NCBI GenBank assembly: GCA_021161675.1
Contig: JAGHAF010000077.1
Location: 7,404 to 71,403, forward strand
DNA: 64,000 nucleotides
Direction of reading: 5' to 3'
From: Planctomycetota bacterium
GTDB lineage: Bacteria > Planctomycetota > Brocadiia > SM23-32
The position numbers were made by a program, and so were the translations under genes. Below are positions 8,589 through 18,536 of the stretch, piece after piece (the first letter of the stretch is position 1; each line of letters begins with the position of its first letter). Below the pieces are notes generated by a model. The model had not been told where the DNA came from. It saw only the letters and a program-made list of their open reading frames with translations, and did not search any database.

Positions 8589-9752
8589 TTATGGCCGGGC
8601 GGCGCGGACCAGCGTGAGCAGATGGGCGTCCTCCCGCGCGTCGAGCCGGCAATGCTCGGTGAGTATCCGGTCGAAGTCAAGCTCTGTGGCGCCGGTGCGA
8701 ACGGCTATCTCGGCGGCCGCAGCTACAGTCCCGGCGAAGACCTCCGGCTCGATGCCCTGCTGGGCAACGGTACGCAGCCCGTAGATCAGCCGCTCCCAGG
8801 GCTCGAGCTTGCGCATGATGCCGCGCACGCCGCGCTCGATCGGGTCGGCGAAGACGGGGCACGTCGTGCGCCGCAGAATCCAATCCGTGTAATTGAGCAG
8901 CTCGCTGCGGTCCAGGGCGGCGCCGTGCTTGCGGAGCAAGGCCGGCGCGACCTCTGCCGTGAGCAGCCGGTGCGCCAGCTCCATGAGCTGCGCGTCATCG
9001 CGCAGCTGGTCGAAGCGTCGCGCGTCCCGCAGCCATCCCAGGCAGCCCAGCGCGGCGTGCAGGCCGTTATGGGCCAGCATCTTGGTGTCTTCGGACGCGG
9101 CGAACAGCGCCGGCGCCTGGGGACGGAGGGCCTCTGGCATCCCCTCAAGCCCTGCGAGCACGCGCTCTTCGACGGGGATGCCGTAATAGGGCTCCGAGAC
9201 GACGCCATAGTCCAACCCCGGGGCGATGGGCTCCAGGGGCGGCTCAGGGTCCTGCACGAGTTTGCACATCCGGCCCATGACTGTGTCGCCGACCAGCAGC
9301 CGCTCCGGCAGTGGTCGGCAGGCTTGCTCCTGGACGGCGGCGCGCAGTTTCCGGGCGACCTCCACGCCGTTTTCACCGCAGGCCACCCGGAGCGGGCGCC
9401 CGGCGGGGCGCCGGGCCGCCGCATCGGCCACGAGGGGGGCCAGCTTCGGCAGGTTCCGCTCGCCGACGGCGGTGAACACCAGGTCCGCCCTGTCCATCAG
9501 CTCGTCTATTTCCGCCGGGGCGGCCGCTGTCAGGCATAGGCCGCTCACGTTGCCCACGCTGACGCTCCGGACAGAAAGGCCCGTCATGTTGAGCGCATAG
9601 TGTCCTGCGCGCGCAAGGTGGCGCAGCAGGTCCTGCTTCTGCGCTATGTCCACGTAGGTGATCCGGCAGTTGGGGCTCAGCTCCGGGCCGATGAAGCCCA
9701 GGCCGAGCGCGCCCGCGCCGAACACAACGCAGCTGGTTTCGAGGCTTTTCAT
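8589..9752 (-). CDS. Mannitol-1-phosphate 5-dehydrogenase-like long-chain dehydrogenase
   Basis: FGAGALGLGFIG, TAVG, ACGENG, KMLAHNGLHA, DPIERGVRGIMRKL...ERL parallel MtlD motifs. Confidence 0.75.
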   Translation of the reverse strand: MKSLETSCVVFGAGALGLGFIGPELSPNCRITYVDIAQKQDLLRHLARAGHYALNMTGLSVRSVSVGNVSGLCLTAAAPAEIDELMDRADLVFTAVGERNLPKLAPLVADAAARRPAGRPLRVACGENGVEVARKLRAAVQEQACRPLPERLLVGDTVMGRMCKLVQDPEPPLEPIAPGLDYGVVSEPYYGIPVEERVLAGLEGMPEALRPQAPALFAASEDTKMLAHNGLHAALGCLGWLRDARRFDQLRDDAQLMELAHRLLTAEVAPALLRKHGAALDRSELLNYTDWILRRTTCPVFADPIERGVRGIMRKLEPWERLIYGLRTVAQQGIEPEVFAGTVAAAAEIAVRTGATELDFDRILTEHCRLDAREDAHLLTLVRAARP

Positions 9753-9817
9753 TGCGCGTCTACCCGTCTCGTCCGATGGACGCCATGGCTATTGTTTCGA
9801 CGCCGCATTCCTGTGCG

Positions 9818-10822
9818 CTACGCCTCCAGGACGCTTTCGATGGAAACCGGACGGCCCTCACGAGCGGATTGTGTCACGGCGAAGACCATGGCCAGGCTGC
9901 GCAGGTTGTCCCGTCCGTTTGTTTCGGGTTCCCTTTTTTGCTGTATGGCCCGTTGGAATTCGAAGAGGCTGTACTCCTGACCGCTGGCGGGCATCTTCTG
10001 CATTTCAACTTCCGTATCCTGCTCCGGGTGATCGGCAAAGACCATGTGCACCTGGTCATCGCGCAGCTCCACTATGGCGTCGGGGCATTCGGCCTGCCAA
10101 TAGGCGCCCCAGCTTGTCTCCGGTCCGCGGGCTACCCAGGAGCCGTGGTAGACTACCCGCAGGTCCCCTTCGAATTGAAAGACGGCCACGCAGCATGGAT
10201 CGTGGTCGAACCAGCTCCACCGCGGGCGCCACGTCTCGGCGTAGACGGAGAGCGGCTCCCGACCGGTCAGCGCCCGCATCATGTCGAAGTGGTGGATGCT
10301 CATGTCGTAGACGAGAGGGTGCTCCATCTTAAGCCGGAAGGAACCCTCGAACCGGGGGGCCTTGGCAAAGCGCACAAGGATGTTGTCCGGCGGGCCGAAC
10401 TGCGCGCTGTCGAGCAGGCGCTGTATGGTGCGGATCCAGGGGTGGAAGCGGTAATTCTGGCTCACCATGAGGGTCTTGCCGGCCGTCTCAGCGGCCCCCA
10501 CCATCTGGCGCGCCTGCGCCATACTGTCGGCCAGAGGCTTCTCGGTCAGCACGTGCATGCCGCGCGCGAAGGCCGCCAGCGCCACCTCGTGATGCACGGC
10601 CGGTGGGGTTACGCACAGCACGGCGTCCGCCTCCACCTGCTCGAAGGCCGCGTGGTAATCCGCGTAGCACTTCTCGGCGGGAATATCCGTCAGCCGGCGG
10701 GCCCGATCGAGCGCCTCCTCGTTAATGTCCACCAGGGCGACATGGGATGCGGTGGCATCCGCTACAATCCGCTCGACCCATCCGGCGCCGAAACCGCCGA
10801 CACCTACTTGAATGAACTTCAT
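9818..10822 (-). CDS. Gfo/Idh/MocA family oxidoreductase
   Basis: QVGVGGFG, HVLTEKP, SQNYRF, DMSIHHFD; start set at ATG 10822. Confidence 0.9.
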   Translation of the reverse strand: MKFIQVGVGGFGAGWVERIVADATASHVALVDINEEALDRARRLTDIPAEKCYADYHAAFEQVEADAVLCVTPPAVHHEVALAAFARGMHVLTEKPLADSMAQARQMVGAAETAGKTLMVSQNYRFHPWIRTIQRLLDSAQFGPPDNILVRFAKAPRFEGSFRLKMEHPLVYDMSIHHFDMMRALTGREPLSVYAETWRPRWSWFDHDPCCVAVFQFEGDLRVVYHGSWVARGPETSWGAYWQAECPDAIVELRDDQVHMVFADHPEQDTEVEMQKMPASGQEYSLFEFQRAIQQKREPETNGRDNLRSLAMVFAVTQSAREGRPVSIESVLEA

Positions 10823-10997
10823 GGCACAGGCTCCTGCCCAAACAGAATACACGGGAAATCAGAAAGACGGGACGGATTCTAAGCCAAAAGCGCCGAGGCC
10901 GTCAAGGCATCCGGCCCATCCAGTTTTCTTGACAGTCGCCACGTCTTGGGATACCCTGAGAACCTGGGACTTCCGGCCACGCAGTAAGGGTAAGCGC

Positions 10998-12350
10998 ATG
11001 AGCACTCGCGATTTGTATGAAAAGGCCCGCCAGGCGGTGGAGCGCAGCAACTATGAATACGCAATCGAGTTGCTGCGCGAGGTGCTGCGGCAGGACCCCG
11101 GTTACCAGGATGCCCGGCTCATCCTGCGCGGCGCAGAACGGCGAATGCTGCGAGAGAATCACAGCGCGGTTCTGAGTGCTATTGGCGTGCCGTTTGCGGT
11201 CTTAAAAACATTGATTGCCCGCCGCTTCAAGAAGGGCAAAGACAGGCTGGAAGTGTACGAAGATTTCCTGGAGAAGCACCCCAATAGCTTCTGGGGACTG
11301 ATGAGTGTCAGCGCCGCCGCCAGGGCGGCGGGGCTGCTGAACGAATCTGTGGAAATGTACAAGGACGCCGTGAAGCAGCGCCCCGAAAGCACACGGGCGC
11401 TGCGGGCCCTGGCCGACGCGCTGAAAGAGGCGGGAGAAGTCGAGGAGGCCCTGAAATATCTGAGCCGCTTGTCCGCCCTCCAGCCCGAGAATCGCGACGT
11501 GCTGGCCGAGATGCGCGACCTGGAAGCGACCGAGCACATGGCCGTTCACCGAATGGAAGATGTCGACTCCTTCCGCGACGTGATCCGCGACAAGGAGGCG
11601 GCCAAGCGATTGGAAGAAGGCCGACGACAGGTTGTAAGCATGGATGACCTGCGCAAGGAGGCCGAACGCATGGAGCAAGAGTTGGTCGAGCACCCCAAAA
11701 GCAGCAGCCGTATAGTGCGGCTGGCCCGGCTCTACCAGGACACCGGCCAGATGAAGAAAGCCGGGGAGTTCCTCAAGGAGAAGCATCGACAGCAGCCCGA
11801 CAACTACGAGATACGGGAAGCGCTCGGAGACCTCCAGCTGGCGATTTACGACCGTGCGTTGCAGACCGTGGAGAATGCCCTGGAAGAAGCCCCGGAGAAC
11901 TCGGAACTGAAGGCCAAGAGGGAGAAGATCCGGCGCGCGAGGGCCAGGTTCGGCGTAAAGGAATATCAGTGGCGCCTCTCCGAGCACCCGACGGACAGCG
12001 CCCATCAGCTCCAGCTCGGGCGTTTCTACCTGGAAGACGGCCAGTACGATGAGGCCATCGGCCTGCTTCAGGACGCCGTCCGGGATTCGCACTCTGTCAT
12101 GGAGGCCCGCCACTACCTCGGGCTCTGCTTCATGGGAAAGAACCAGTATGACCTGGCGCTGGAGCAGTTCAAGCAAGCGCTGGCCGGGCATAGCAAGATG
12201 GATGAGGCGGGCAAGGAGCTGCGTTACCACCAGGCCCAGGCGCACGAGGCCATGGGCAACCGCGAGGAAGCCCTCCGCTTCTACAAACAAATCTACAGTC
12301 AGGACATCCACTTCCGCGACGTCGCGGCTAAGGTGGAAGCGCTTGGCTGA
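10998..12350 (+). CDS. Tetratricopeptide repeat protein
   Basis: Multiple TPR-like helical repeats (YEYAIELLREVL, LGRFYLEDGQYDEAI, YLGLCFMGKNQYDLA). Confidence 0.85.
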   Translation: MSTRDLYEKARQAVERSNYEYAIELLREVLRQDPGYQDARLILRGAERRMLRENHSAVLSAIGVPFAVLKTLIARRFKKGKDRLEVYEDFLEKHPNSFWGLMSVSAAARAAGLLNESVEMYKDAVKQRPESTRALRALADALKEAGEVEEALKYLSRLSALQPENRDVLAEMRDLEATEHMAVHRMEDVDSFRDVIRDKEAAKRLEEGRRQVVSMDDLRKEAERMEQELVEHPKSSSRIVRLARLYQDTGQMKKAGEFLKEKHRQQPDNYEIREALGDLQLAIYDRALQTVENALEEAPENSELKAKREKIRRARARFGVKEYQWRLSEHPTDSAHQLQLGRFYLEDGQYDEAIGLLQDAVRDSHSVMEARHYLGLCFMGKNQYDLALEQFKQALAGHSKMDEAGKELRYHQAQAHEAMGNREEALRFYKQIYSQDIHFRDVAAKVEALG

Positions 12351-12392
12351 GCGTCAATTCATACACCTACTCCCAATCGGAAGGAAAAGAGC

Positions 12393-12677
12393 ATGCCCAA
12401 TCGCCCCTCAGCCATGAAACGCTTGAGGCAGGACAAGAAGAAACGCGAGCGTAACAAGGCCATCAAGAGCCGGTTGCGCACCGAACAGAACCGCTTCGAT
12501 CGCATGATGGAGCGCGGCGACCTGCAAGAAGCGGAGCAGCAAGCCAGTCTGCTGACCAAGCTTTTGCAGCGCGCCGCACACAAGAACATCCTCCACGTCA
12601 ACAAGGCTGCCCGCAAGCAGGCCCAGTTTCAGAGTCAGCTCAACGAGCTTCGACAGGTGAAAAGCGCCTCCTCTTGA
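12393..12677 (+). CDS. rpsT: 30S ribosomal protein S20
   Basis: MPNRPSAMKRLRQ...RNKAIKSRLRT...ILHVNKAARK. Confidence 0.95.
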   Translation: MPNRPSAMKRLRQDKKKRERNKAIKSRLRTEQNRFDRMMERGDLQEAEQQASLLTKLLQRAAHKNILHVNKAARKQAQFQSQLNELRQVKSASS

Positions 12678-12685
12678 CGACCCGT

Positions 12686-13639
12686 TCAGCCGAAGAGCGG
12701 CGCCTGGTTGGTAGTGGGAGGTGGGATATACTCCTCCACTAGGCGGGCGAAGGCGGCGGCGTCCGGCATCCGGGCGGGGTCGAGGGCGACGGCGCCCCTC
12801 CGCACCAGCTTGCGTTGCGCTCTCTTGTTAGCCTCGCCGCGGGCTCCCCTCACCACAAAGAGCGGCTTTCCAAGCCCGAGCGCATGTGCGCAGCTGTTCC
12901 ACGTTCCACCGCTGTCGCGCGGATCGAAGGCCACCACCGCCCGGCTCAGGGCCACGATTAGCCGGTTGCGGCGCAGCGCCTGCGAGTTCTCCCACCCGTT
13001 GTCCGGCGGAAACTGGCTCAGCACGCACCAGCGCCCCCGCGGGGGACAGTCCGGCCGGAACCACTCCCAGCGAAATCGCACCATGCCCACGGGGGCGATC
13101 ACTGCCGTGGCGCCGGCCTTGAGCGCCGCGCGGCGCCCGGCAGAATCGATGCCGCGCGCCCCCCCGCTGACGACGGTTGCGCCGGCGGCCGCCTGCTCAT
13201 AAGCAAATAAGCCGGCGGCGCCGAGCGCCTCGCGCGAGGGCCGACGTGAGCCCACGACCGCCACACAGCTCCTGGAGAGAATGGACGGGTCTCCCTTGAC
13301 GAAGAGCACAGCCGGGGCGCTCTCGCCCGGCGAGAGCGTGAGTCGCTCCGGCCAGCCGGGCCTTCCCTCGATAAGAGGATAGATGTCCATGCTGCAAAGA
13401 CGATCCACCAGGGAACGGCCCGTTAGAGCCGGCGAGCGCATCGCCGCCACGCAGGCCGCCGCGTCCGGCCGGAGCCCCACCTCCGACTGGAGCTTTCCCT
13501 TCGGCAGACCCAGCACGTCGCGCAGGGAGACCCGCCGCCGCGCCGCCGCCGCCCGCAGGCGAGCAATGCCGCCGGGCCCAACAGGCCCCGCCGCGCTCAG
13601 GGCGAGCAAGGCGAGTTCATCGTCCGTGAAAGCCGCCAT
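12686..13639 (-). CDS. dprA: DNA-processing protein DprA/Smf family
   Basis: PAVLFVKGD, VAVVGSR, VVSGGARGIDS, RRNRLIVALS, SGGTW. Confidence 0.82.
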   Translation of the reverse strand: MAAFTDDELALLALSAAGPVGPGGIARLRAAAARRRVSLRDVLGLPKGKLQSEVGLRPDAAACVAAMRSPALTGRSLVDRLCSMDIYPLIEGRPGWPERLTLSPGESAPAVLFVKGDPSILSRSCVAVVGSRRPSREALGAAGLFAYEQAAAGATVVSGGARGIDSAGRRAALKAGATAVIAPVGMVRFRWEWFRPDCPPRGRWCVLSQFPPDNGWENSQALRRNRLIVALSRAVVAFDPRDSGGTWNSCAHALGLGKPLFVVRGARGEANKRAQRKLVRRGAVALDPARMPDAAAFARLVEEYIPPPTTNQAPLFG

Positions 13640-13776
13640 GAGCCAACCCCCAAAAGAAAATCACTGTGATGTACCCGTATAGTATCCTAAAGACGGGTCG
13701 AATGCAAGTGCGCGGCGCCCCCCCACCAGGCCGGCGCAACGCTGGAATCGCAGGGCGAAAGTTAACCACCTGGAGG

Positions 13777-13806
13777 TTGACATCCAACCACCATATTCCC
13801 TATAGT
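13777..13806 (+). promoter_or_regulatory. sigma70-type promoter for the PTS-IIA/ATPase operon
   Basis: TTGACA-18 bp-TATAGT. Confidence 0.65.
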
Positions 13807-13856
13807 GCGTGAATTGTGAACGGCGTGTCGAATTCCTCATCGGCGAGAAAGATGGC

Positions 13857-14318
13857 ATGGATTTGAGCGTTCTTATTAGGGAAGAAACTGTAAAAATACC
13901 GCTGGAAGCGGTGGACAAGGAAGAGGCCATCGCCGAGCTGCTGGAACTGCTTGTGCGGGCCGGGCGCATCGAAGACAGGGAAGGCGCGCTTGACGCCCTC
14001 TATGAACGCGAAGAAAAGGGCACAACCGGCATCGGCGGCGGCGTGGCTATCCCACACGCCAAGCGACCCGACGTGCAGGGGGTCGAGCTGGCCGTGGGCG
14101 TAAGCCCCGAAGGCATTGATTTCGACGCTGCCGACGGGGAACTGGTCTACCTGGTGTTCCTGGTTGTGGCGGAGGCGCACAACCCGGGCCCCAACGTGGA
14201 AGCGCTGGCGGACATCGGCCACCTGATGCAACTGCCCGGCGTCTACGAAGAGATGCTCGCGGCCCGGGACTGCCAGGGATTGATCACAGCTATTCAGCGC
14301 CTCCAGGTGGAACTGTGA
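13857..14318 (+). CDS. PTS IIA component (PtsN/fructose-mannitol type)
   Basis: REEKGTTGIGGGVAIPHAK with phospho-His, GIDFDAADG. Confidence 0.9.
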   Translation: MDLSVLIREETVKIPLEAVDKEEAIAELLELLVRAGRIEDREGALDALYEREEKGTTGIGGGVAIPHAKRPDVQGVELAVGVSPEGIDFDAADGELVYLVFLVVAEAHNPGPNVEALADIGHLMQLPGVYEEMLAARDCQGLITAIQRLQVEL

Positions 14319-14644
14319 GCGACGTCATACACAAGGTGCTGGAGATCGAAAAAGAGGCGCACCGCAAGATCGCACAGGCTGAAAAAGAGGCGGCCGCCAT
14401 CGAGGACAAAGCGCGCGCAGAGGCCCGCAGGATCGTCACCGAAGGCCGTCAGAGGGCCGCCAAAGAGGCCGAACAGCTCATCGCCGACAAGATACAACAG
14501 TGCCGCCAGCAGATGGATGCCCGCCTGAGCGAGCAGCGCGAACAGCTCCCGTCCATCCGCGACATAGCCGAAGACGTCAGAGGCGAGGCCGTTGACCTGG
14601 TGGTCAAAATGGTGGCCCCGCCCGCGCCGGAGAAGGGGGATTAG
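14315..14644 (+). CDS. A/V-type ATPase peripheral stalk subunit H/G
   Basis: Short charged coiled coil (EKEAHRKIAQAEKEA) heading the ATPase operon. Confidence 0.7.
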   Translation: MSDVIHKVLEIEKEAHRKIAQAEKEAAAIEDKARAEARRIVTEGRQRAAKEAEQLIADKIQQCRQQMDARLSEQREQLPSIRDIAEDVRGEAVDLVVKMVAPPAPEKGD

Positions 14645-14688
14645 CCCGCGTACTTGACGTCAAGTCTTTGCAAAGCAGGCGTGAGCCT

Positions 14689-15762
14689 ATGACTGTGACT
14701 GCATCGGCGCAAATCGAGAACGCAGGGCTCGGCCACATCCCGGCCGAGTTCCTGAGCGCGAAGCTGAGGGGGCGCCGCAGTCGTCTCTATGAAGGCGAGC
14801 GGCTGGTGGCGCTGGCCTCGCTCTCGAGCGTCGCCGAGCTGGGCGCATCGCTTTTCCCGCACGACGAGGAGATACGGGGAGCGTTCGAGTTGGAACAGCG
14901 CCTGACGGCGGCATGCGTCCAGGAGCTGGCCTTCTTCTTGCGCTATCTTTCTGGCGCTCAAGAGGCGCTCTACAGGGCGCTGCTGGACCGCTACCCGCTG
15001 GAGAACATCAAAACGCTCCTGCGTCTGCTGGGGCGCCAGGACGCCGGCGCCCGCGCCGAACGGTTGTTGATTACGCTACCGCCCGAGCTTTCGATGCCTG
15101 TGGAAGATCTCGTGCGGGCCACCAGCGTCGAAGAGTTCGTCCGCCGAATACCGCTCAAAAACGCCCGCAGCCGCGCTATAGCCGCCCTCCCGCTCTATGA
15201 ACGGGCGCAGCAGACGGCCTTCCTGGAAATGGCGCTGGATCGCGGATATTGGGAAGGAGTCTGGCAGGCGATGGGATCGCTCTGGCCGGGGGACCGCAAG
15301 GCATGTTCGGCGCCCATCACGTGCGAGTATGACGCCCTGCGGCTGGTGGCGGTGCTGCGCGCCGCCAGGACTTACGGATTGGATTGGGAGATACTGGAAC
15401 AGGCGCTGCCGCTGGCGCATGGCAGGTTGAGCAAAGCGCGACTGCGCAGGTTTCATGAGAAGTCTGATCCCGATGAGCTGCGCCGAAGCCTGCCTGCCCT
15501 CAGACGCGCGCCGGTCGCCCTGGAGGCGGAGGAGGAGGACGAATCGGTCAGCCACATCGAGGATATTCTCTGGCGGGAGACTCTGCGCGCGGCGGTCCAA
15601 GCGTTCCACTCGGCCGCGCCCGGTTCTGGGAGCCTTGGCGCGCTGACCGGCTATTATTACCTGAAACGCCACGAGCTGCGGCAGCTTACGATGATTGCCC
15701 AGATGATCCGCACGGGCAGGGGGCAGCGTGAGGTCGTGCAGGCGCTTGAGGTCTTGCTGTGA
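14689..15762 (+). CDS. A/V-type ATPase subunit C
   Basis: FLSAKLRGRRSRL, ENIKTLLR, EMALDRGYW, YYYLKRHE; operon position. Confidence 0.8.
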   Translation: MTVTASAQIENAGLGHIPAEFLSAKLRGRRSRLYEGERLVALASLSSVAELGASLFPHDEEIRGAFELEQRLTAACVQELAFFLRYLSGAQEALYRALLDRYPLENIKTLLRLLGRQDAGARAERLLITLPPELSMPVEDLVRATSVEEFVRRIPLKNARSRAIAALPLYERAQQTAFLEMALDRGYWEGVWQAMGSLWPGDRKACSAPITCEYDALRLVAVLRAARTYGLDWEILEQALPLAHGRLSKARLRRFHEKSDPDELRRSLPALRRAPVALEAEEEDESVSHIEDILWRETLRAAVQAFHSAAPGSGSLGALTGYYYLKRHELRQLTMIAQMIRTGRGQREVVQALEVLL

Positions 15763-15790
15763 CACTGCTAACGCGGAGAACATAGCAGAG

Positions 15791-17800
15791 ATGCTCAGCC
15801 CGCTCGAGATGAGGAAGGTCAATATCTTCGTGCTGGGGCGCGAGGAGGAGCGAGTCGCCAGGGCTCTAGGCGCCATGGGCATCGTGCACTTGCGAAGCAG
15901 CGTCGAGGAGAGTGGAGGGGTGCTGTCCCCCAAAGACCTGGAAGGGGAACTCTCCAATTATCAGAGCCTGTTGGAGCGGATCGAACGGCTCCAGGAGGCG
16001 CTCGGGCTCCAGGTCCGAGCCAATGGCGCCCTCTGGCAGCGGGAACTGCCCGCCATGGGCGAGGTCGAGCAACTGGTCGAAGCGCTGGAGGGAAAGACCA
16101 GCGAGCGGCGGGAAGAGCTGGCCAAGGTCCGCGAGGCCCTGGACGAGACCAGGGACCTGGTCGAATGGCTCCAGCCCTACAAGGAGATGGAATCGTCCCT
16201 GAAACAGCTCGAAGACTCGGACTTTCTGGCCGTCACCGCCGGCAAGGCCACCGCCGCAGAGCTGGACCTGCTGAGGGCAAATGCCCCGCGCGGCGTCATG
16301 ATTGTGCCGCTGGGGCCTGAACCGGCTCCGGGACGCCCCCGGACCGCGCTGATCATCTGCGGGCGGCGCCGGCGCTTCGCCGTGCAAACCGTGCTGGGGG
16401 AGCACGAATTCGAACAGACGGACATCCCCGCCTGGGACGAGCGAACCCCGGCTGACGTCTACGCCGAGACGCTCGGCAAGGCCAGCGCGCTCGGCGAACG
16501 TGCCCGGGCGCTGGAGCAGGCGCTCCAAGATGTGGGAGAGGCATGCGAGGAGACACTCGGTCTCGCCCGGACGGCGGTGTTGATGCAGAGCGAGCTGTGC
16601 CGCGCCCGGCGCTATTTCGGCGCCACCTGGGCCACCACCCTCATATCGGGATGGGTCCCCGCGACGAAGACGCGCCAGTTGCACGAGCGCCTGCGCGAAC
16701 TCACCGGAGGGCGGTGTGTGGTGAGGGTCTCCGCGCCGACCGATGAGGAAATCGAGCGGGACCAGGTTCCGACCGAGGTGAAGCATTCGCCCCTGCTGGC
16801 CCCTTTCGAGCGTCTTGTGCAGGGCTTCGACGTGCCTTCCTATGCGGAGATCGAGCCGACGCTGCTGTTTGCCATCAGCTTCCTGCTGATGTTCGGGCTG
16901 ATGTTCGGGGACCTGGGACACGGGCTGTGTCTCGTGGTGGTGGGGCTGCTGGTGAAGCGGCGTGCGGCGAGGGCGCCGGTGCGGGACATCGGGCACGTCA
17001 TCTTGATCGCCGGCGTGGCCAGTGCACTGTTCGGGACTTTTTTTCAGGGCTCTTTTTTCGGCAAATCCCTTCTAAAATGGGGATTCCCCCTGAGCCTGGG
17101 GCTGGAGCCGATGCGCTTCGAGGGAGGGGACGCCGGCGGCCAGGTAACGAGATACATGTTGCTGGCGGTCGGCGTGGGAGTGGCGCTGATCAGCCTGGGC
17201 GCCGTGCTCAATATCATTAACCGCCTGCGACGGGGCGATGTGGCGGAGGGCCTGCTGGGGCGGTTCGGCGTGGTGGGGGTCATGTTCTACTGGGGCGGGC
17301 TGGCCTGGATGATCAAGCTCCTGCTCGCCGGATCCGGCAGGAGCGATCCCTGGATCGTATTGCCGGCGATTGCGCTGCCGTTGCTGATACTGATGGCGCA
17401 TCGGCCGGTCCGGGCGCTCCTGGGCAGAGGAAAGGGTGAAGAGGGCGACTTGATGATGGGCCTGTTCCACGGTCTGATAGAAGGTATGGAAACGGTGATG
17501 GTCTACCTGGCCAATACGTTCAGCTTTCTGCGTGTGGCGGCCTTCGCCTTGAGCCATGCGGCGCTGTGCTTTACAATCTTCGTCCTGATCGGGCTTGTGA
17601 ACGCGCTTCCCGGGGGGATAATCTGGTCTGCTATTGTGTTCGCCATCGGCACGGCGGTCCTGATCGCCCTGGAGGGGTTGATCGTTACCATCCAGATACT
17701 GCGGCTTGAGTATTACGAGTTTTTCACCAAGTTCTTCCACGGGCAGGGAGTTCGCTACGACCCGTTCCGGTGGAAGTTAGAAGACAGGTTGGAGAGTTGA
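15791..17800 (+). CDS. A/V-type ATPase subunit I (a)
   Basis: FGLMFGDLGHG, NTFSFLRVAAF (essential Arg), LRLEYYEFFTKF. Confidence 0.93.
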   Translation: MLSPLEMRKVNIFVLGREEERVARALGAMGIVHLRSSVEESGGVLSPKDLEGELSNYQSLLERIERLQEALGLQVRANGALWQRELPAMGEVEQLVEALEGKTSERREELAKVREALDETRDLVEWLQPYKEMESSLKQLEDSDFLAVTAGKATAAELDLLRANAPRGVMIVPLGPEPAPGRPRTALIICGRRRRFAVQTVLGEHEFEQTDIPAWDERTPADVYAETLGKASALGERARALEQALQDVGEACEETLGLARTAVLMQSELCRARRYFGATWATTLISGWVPATKTRQLHERLRELTGGRCVVRVSAPTDEEIERDQVPTEVKHSPLLAPFERLVQGFDVPSYAEIEPTLLFAISFLLMFGLMFGDLGHGLCLVVVGLLVKRRAARAPVRDIGHVILIAGVASALFGTFFQGSFFGKSLLKWGFPLSLGLEPMRFEGGDAGGQVTRYMLLAVGVGVALISLGAVLNIINRLRRGDVAEGLLGRFGVVGVMFYWGGLAWMIKLLLAGSGRSDPWIVLPAIALPLLILMAHRPVRALLGRGKGEEGDLMMGLFHGLIEGMETVMVYLANTFSFLRVAAFALSHAALCFTIFVLIGLVNALPGGIIWSAIVFAIGTAVLIALEGLIVTIQILRLEYYEFFTKFFHGQGVRYDPFRWKLEDRLES

Positions 17801-17829
17801 CAGAAAGCACTTAGCACTGGGGAGGACGT

Positions 17830-18198
17830 ATGAGCATGAAGAGGAAATACATCCAGCATGTCCTGATGTTGACGCTGCTCTTAGCGGCGTTTTGCCTGAC
17901 CACAGGCGTGGGCCTGGCGGCGGCGTTTGGCCAGGAAGAAGGGACCAGCCGTGAGGCGGGACAACTCGTAGGGCAGCAAACCGCGGTGCGGTGGGATATC
18001 TCCGTGGCCATCTCCATAGCCATAGGCGTTCCGTGCCTGGCCGCCGGTTACGCCGTCGGCAAGGTAGGCGCTGCGGCGCTGGGCGCGGCCAGTGAGAAGC
18101 CGGAGTTGCTCACCCGGAGCCTGGTGCTTGTCGCACTGGCCGAGGGAATCGCCATCTACGGGCTGTTGGTGGCGGTTCTGCTGTATCTGAAGATGTAA
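17830..18198 (+). CDS. A/V-type ATPase subunit K (c-ring proteolipid)
   Basis: AGYAVGKVGAAALGA..EKPE...ALAEGIAIYGL. Confidence 0.93.
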   Translation: MSMKRKYIQHVLMLTLLLAAFCLTTGVGLAAAFGQEEGTSREAGQLVGQQTAVRWDISVAISIAIGVPCLAAGYAVGKVGAAALGAASEKPELLTRSLVLVALAEGIAIYGLLVAVLLYLKM

Positions 18199-18212
18199 AG
18201 GCGGGACACGAA

Positions 18213-18518
18213 ATGGGTTTTTACGTAGTGGCTGACGAGGATACCGTGGCGGGATTCCGTTGCGCTGGCATCCCCGGGGTGGTGGTTGAAGGCCCTTCCG
18301 AGGCGGCTGAGGAACTGGAGCGCCTGCGCCAGGAAGGCGGACAGGACATCCTCATTACCACCGAGCAGATCGCCAATTCCATCCGGGACATCGTCCAGGA
18401 CATCCGCTACGGCGGCGCTTTCCCCCTGATCGTGGAGATTCCCGGGCCGGAGGGTCCCGGTGAGGCGAGCCCTTCCCTGATGAAGATGATCCGGGAAGCT
18501 GTAGGTATCCGACTCTGA
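18213..18518 (+). CDS. A/V-type ATPase subunit F
   Basis: VVADEDTVAGFRCAGI...PLIVEIP...IREAVGI. Confidence 0.92.
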   Translation: MGFYVVADEDTVAGFRCAGIPGVVVEGPSEAAEELERLRQEGGQDILITTEQIANSIRDIVQDIRYGGAFPLIVEIPGPEGPGEASPSLMKMIREAVGIRL

Positions 18519-18536
18519 CTGCGGCGGGCGCCATAG

